Assembly (NCBI RefSeq): GCF_006345805.1
Contig: NC_042997.1
Span: forward strand, 211,854,001-211,918,000
DNA: 64,000 nt
DNA from: Octopus sinensis
Lineage: Eukaryota
Direction: 5' to 3'
Part shown: positions 59,601-64,000 of the stretch, piece by piece
Layout: the number at the start of each line of letters is the position of its first letter
Numbering within the stretch: position 1 is the stretch's first letter
Notes under the pieces: model-generated
The model's input: only the letters and a program-made list of their open reading frames with translations
Told to the model about the DNA's origin: nothing
Database searches by the model: none
Made by a program: the position numbers and the translations under genes

Positions 59601-62600
59601 CACTCTCATTTTGGTCATTCTCTGGTCATTACTCTCATTTTGGTCATTCTCTGGTCATTACTCTCATTTTGGTCATTCTCTGGTCATCACTCTCATTTTG
59701 GTCATTCTCTGGTCATCACTCTCATTTTGGTCATTCTCTGGTCATTACTCTCATTTTGGTCATTCTCTGGTCATCACTCTCATTTTGGTCATTCTGGTCA
59801 TTCTCCTTTTGGTCATTCTCTGGTCATCACTCTCATTTTGGTCATTCTCTGGTCATTACTCTCATTTTGGTCATTCTCTGGTCATCACTCTCATTTGGTC
59901 ATTCTCTGGTCATTACTCTCATTTTGGTCATTCTCTGGTCATTACTCTCATTTTGGTCATTCTCTGGTCATTACTCTCATTTTGGTCATTCTCTGGTCAT
60001 TACTCTCATTTTGGTCATTCTCTGGTCATTACTCTCATTTTGGTCATTCTCTGGTCATTACTCTCATTTTGGTCATTCTCTGGTCATTACTCTCATTTTG
60101 GTCATTCTCTGGTCATTACTCTCATTTTGGTCATTCTCTGGTCATTACTCTCATTTTGGTCATTCTCTGGTCATCACTCTCATTTTGGTCATTCTCTGGT
60201 CATTACTCTCATTTTGGTCATTCTCTGGTCATTACTCTCATTTTGGTCATTCTCTGGTCATACTCTCATTTGGTCATTCTCTGGTCATTACTCATTTTGG
60301 TCATTCTCTGGTGGTCATTACTCTCATTTTGGTCATTCTCTGGTCATCACTCTCATTTTTGTCATTCTCTTGTCATTACACTCATTTTGGTCATTCTCTG
60401 GTCATTACTCTCATATTGGTCATTCTCTGGTCATTACTCTCATTTTGGTCATTGTCTGGTCATCACTCTCATTTTTTTCATTCTCTGGTCATTATTCTCA
60501 TTTTGGTCATTCTCTGGTCATTACTCTCATTATGGTCATTCTCTGGTCATTACTCTCATTTTGGTCATTACTCTCATTTTGGTCGTTCTCTTGTCATTAC
60601 TCTCATTTTTGTCATTCTTTGGTCATTACTCTCATTTTGGTCATTCTCTGGTCATTACTCTCATTTTTGTCGTTCTCTGGTCATTACTCTCATTTTGGTC
60701 GTTCTCTGGTCATTACTCTCATTTTGGTCATTGTCTGGTCATCACTCTCATTTTGGTCATGCTCTGGTCATTACTCTCATTTTGGTCCTTGTCTGGTCAT
60801 TACTCTCATTTTGGTCATTGTCTGGTCATTACTCTCATTTTGGTCATTCTCTGGTCATACTCTCATTTTGATCATTCTCTGGTCATTACTCTCTCATTTG
60901 GTCATTCTCTGGTCATACTCTCATTTTGGTCATTCTCTGGTCATTACTCTCATTTTGGTCGTTCTCTGGTCATTACTCTCATTTTAGTCATTCTTTGGTC
61001 ATTACTCTCATTTTGGTCATTCTCTGGTCATCACTCTCATTTTGGTCGTTCTCTGGTCATTACTCTCATTTTGATCATTCTCTGGTCATTACTCTCATTT
61101 TGGTCGTTCTCTGGTCATTACTCTCATTTTTGTCATTCTTTGGTCATTACTCTCATTTTGGTCATTCTCTGGTCATTACTCTCATTTTTGTCGTTCTCTG
61201 GTCATTACTCTCATTTTGGTCGTTCTCTGGTCATTACTCTCATTTTGGTCATTGTCTGGTCATCACTCTCATTTTGGTCATGCTCTGGTCATTACTCTCA
61301 TTTTGGTCCTTGTCTGGTCATTACTCTCATTTTGGTCATTGTCTGGTCAGTACTCTCATTTCGGTCATTCTCTGGTCATTACTCTCATTTTGGTCATTCT
61401 CTGGTCATTACTCTCATTTTGGTCATTCTCTGGTCATACTCTCATTTTCGTCATTCTTGGTCATACTCTCATTTTGGTCATCCTCTGGTCATTACTCTCA
61501 TTTTGGTCATCCTTTGGTCATTACTCTCATTTTGGTCATTCTCTGGTCATTACTCTCATTTGGTCATTCTCTGGTCATTACTCTCATTTTGGTCATTCTC
61601 TGGTAATTACTCTCATTTTGGTCATTCTTCTGGTCATTCACTCTCATTTTGTCATTCTCTTGTCATTACTCTCATTTGGTCATCTCTGGTCATTACTCTC
61701 ATTTTGGTCATTCTCTGGTCATTACTCTCATTTTGGTCATTCTCTGGTCAATACTCTCATTTTTTCATTCTCTGGTCATTATTCTCATTTTGGTCATTCT
61801 CTGGTCATTACTCTCATTTTGGTCATTCTCTGGTCATTACTCTCATTTTGGTCATTCTCTCTGGTCATTATCTCATTTTGGTCGTTCTCTTTGGTCATTA
61901 CTCTCATTTTGGTCATTCTCTGGTCATAACTCTCATTTTGGTCGTTCTCTGGTCATTACTCTCATTTTGGTCATTTCTGGTCATCACTCTAATTTGGTCA
62001 TTCTTGGTCATTACTCTCATTTTGGTCATTCTGGTCATTACTCTCATTTTGGTCATTCTCTGGTCATTACTCTCATTTTGGTCATTCTCTGGTCATCACT
62101 TCATTTTGGTTATTCTCTGGTCAATACTCTCATTTTGGTCATTCTCTGGTCATTACTCTCATTTGGTCATTCTCTGGTCATTACTATCTTTTGGTCATTC
62201 TCTGTCATCACTCTCATTTTGAGTAATTCCTTGTCATTACTCTCATTTTGGTCATTCTCTGGTCATCACTCTCATTTTGGTTTTCTCTGGTCATTACTCT
62301 CATTTTGGTCATTGTCTGGTCATCACTTTCTTTTGGATATTCTCGGTCATTACTCTCATTTTGGTCATTCTCTGGTCATTACTTTCATTTGGTCATTCTC
62401 TGGTCATTACTCTCATTTTGGTCATTCTCTGGTCATCATTCTCATTTTGGTCATCTCTGGTCATTACTCTCATTTTGGTCATTCGTATGGTCATCACTTT
62501 CTTTGGATATTCTTGGTCAACTCTCATTTTGGTCATTCTCTGGTCAGTACTCTCATTTTGGTCATTCTCTGGCCATTACTCTCATTTTGGTCATTCACTG

Positions 62601-64000
62601 GTCATTACTCTCATTGTAGTCATTCTCCGGTCATTACTCTCATTTTGTCATTCTCTGGTCATTACTATCATTTGGTCATTCTCTGGTCTTACTCTCATTT
62701 TGGTCATTCTCTGCGTCATAACTCTCATTTGGTCATTCTCTGGTCATTACTCTCATTTTGGTTATTCTCTGGTCATCACTCTCATTTTGGTCATTCTCTG
62801 GTCATTACTCTCATTTTGGTCATTCTCTGGTCATCACTCTCATTTTGGTCATTCTCTGGTCATCACTCTCATTTTGGTCATTCTCTTGTCATTACTCTCA
62901 TTTTGGTCATTCTCTTGTCATCACTCTCATTTTGGTTATTCTCTGGTCATTACTCTCATTTTGGTCATTCTCTGGTCATTACTCTCATTTTGGTCATTCT
63001 CTGGTCATTACTCTCATTTTGGTCATTCTCTGGTCATCACTCTCATTTTGGTCATTCCCTGGTCATTACTCTCATTTTGGTCATTCTCTGGTCATCACTC
63101 TCATTTTGGTTATCCTCTGGTCATTACTCTCATTTTGGTCATTCACTGGTCATCACTTTCTTTTGGATATTCTCTGGTCATTACTCTCATTTTGGTCATT
63201 CTCTGGTCATTACTCTCATTTTGGTCATTCTCTGGTCATTACTCTCATTTTGGTCATTCTCTGGTCATTACTCTCATTTTAGTCATTCTCTGGTCATCAC
63301 TCTCATTTTGGTCACTCTCTGGTCATTACTCTCATTGTGGTAATTCTCTGGTCATTACTCTCATTTTGGTTATTCTCTGGTCATCACTCTCATTTTGGTT
63401 ATTCTCTGGTCATCACTCTCATTTTGGTCATTTTCTGGTCATCACTTTCATTTTGGTTATCCTCTGGTCATCAGTCTCATTTTGGTCATTCTCTGGTCAT
63501 TACTCTCATTTTAGTCATTCTCTGGTCATCAGTCTCATTTTGGTCATTCTCTGGTCATTACTCTCATTTTGGTCATTCTCTGGTCATCACTCTCATTTTG
63601 GTTATTCTCTGGTCATCACTTCTTTTGGTCATTCTCTGGTCATCACTTTCTTTTGGATATTCTCTGGTCATTACACTCATTTTGGTCATTCTCTGGTCAT
63701 TACCTCATTTTGGTCATTCTCTGGTCATTACTCTCATTTTGGTCATTCTTGGTCATTACTCATTTTGGTCATTCTCTGGTCATTACTCTCATTTTGGTCA
63801 TTCTTGGTCATTACTCTCATTTTGGTCATTCTCTGGTCATTACTCTCATATTGGTCATTCTCTGGTCATTACTCTCATTTTGGTCATTCTCTGGTCATTA
63901 CTCTCATTTTGGTCATTCTCTGGTCATCACTCTCATTTTGGTCATTGTCTTGTCATTACTCTCATTTGGTCATTCTCTGGTCATCACTCTCATTTTGGTT
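47654..64000. repeat. 29-bp satellite array, consensus TTTTGGTCATTCTCTGGTCATTACTCTCA, about 560 monomers, runs off the window end
   Basis: Direct reading; main dimorphism CATTACTC/CATCACTC; more degenerate at the left edge and beyond about 60300. Confidence 0.98.

Noticed and set aside
47685-63343. Giant ORFs (up to 4414 aa) with a 29-aa periodic His/Ser/Leu-rich sequence
   Set aside because: The 29-bp monomer has no TAA/TAG/TGA on the + strand, so all three frames are open and cycle through the same peptide. Frequent 1-nt indels switch frames freely. This is a satellite artefact, and the GH-rich pieces only superficially resemble His-rich structural proteins.

Overview
AT-rich, microsatellite-dense eukaryotic DNA. 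The repeat families and gene type suggest a cephalopod, probably Octopus; this is an inference. I can reconstruct one complete protein-coding gene by hand: an 11-exon, + strand, secreted astacin (M12A) zinc metalloprotease with a C-terminal MAM domain (CDS 12165-44787, 1296 nt, 431 aa). All intron phases are consistent, and the signal peptide, FQGDI pro-motif, HETLHNLGFYHEQSRPDRD zinc motif, SIMHY Met-turn and four MAM cysteines are present. The introns and flanks are filled with three tRNA-headed SINE families, 5'-truncated CR1/L2-group, RTE and R4/Dong LINE fragments, a Tc1/mariner fragment, a Helitron/Helentron-like dimer and many inverted duplications. From about 47654 to the window end lies a >16 kb array of a 29-bp satellite, whose giant ORFs are artefacts. 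Most notable observations: (1) an intronic element made of a head-to-head pair of tRNA-like Pol III heads, a (TAA)n spacer and a minimal type I hammerhead ribozyme motif; (2) R4/Dong fragments that sit only in (TAA)n tracts, two of them associated with that element family; (3) a LINE/SINE 3' stem-loop with compensatory changes; (4) a perfect 199-bp intronic inverted repeat. All coordinates and alignments were done by eye, and repeat boundaries are approximate.
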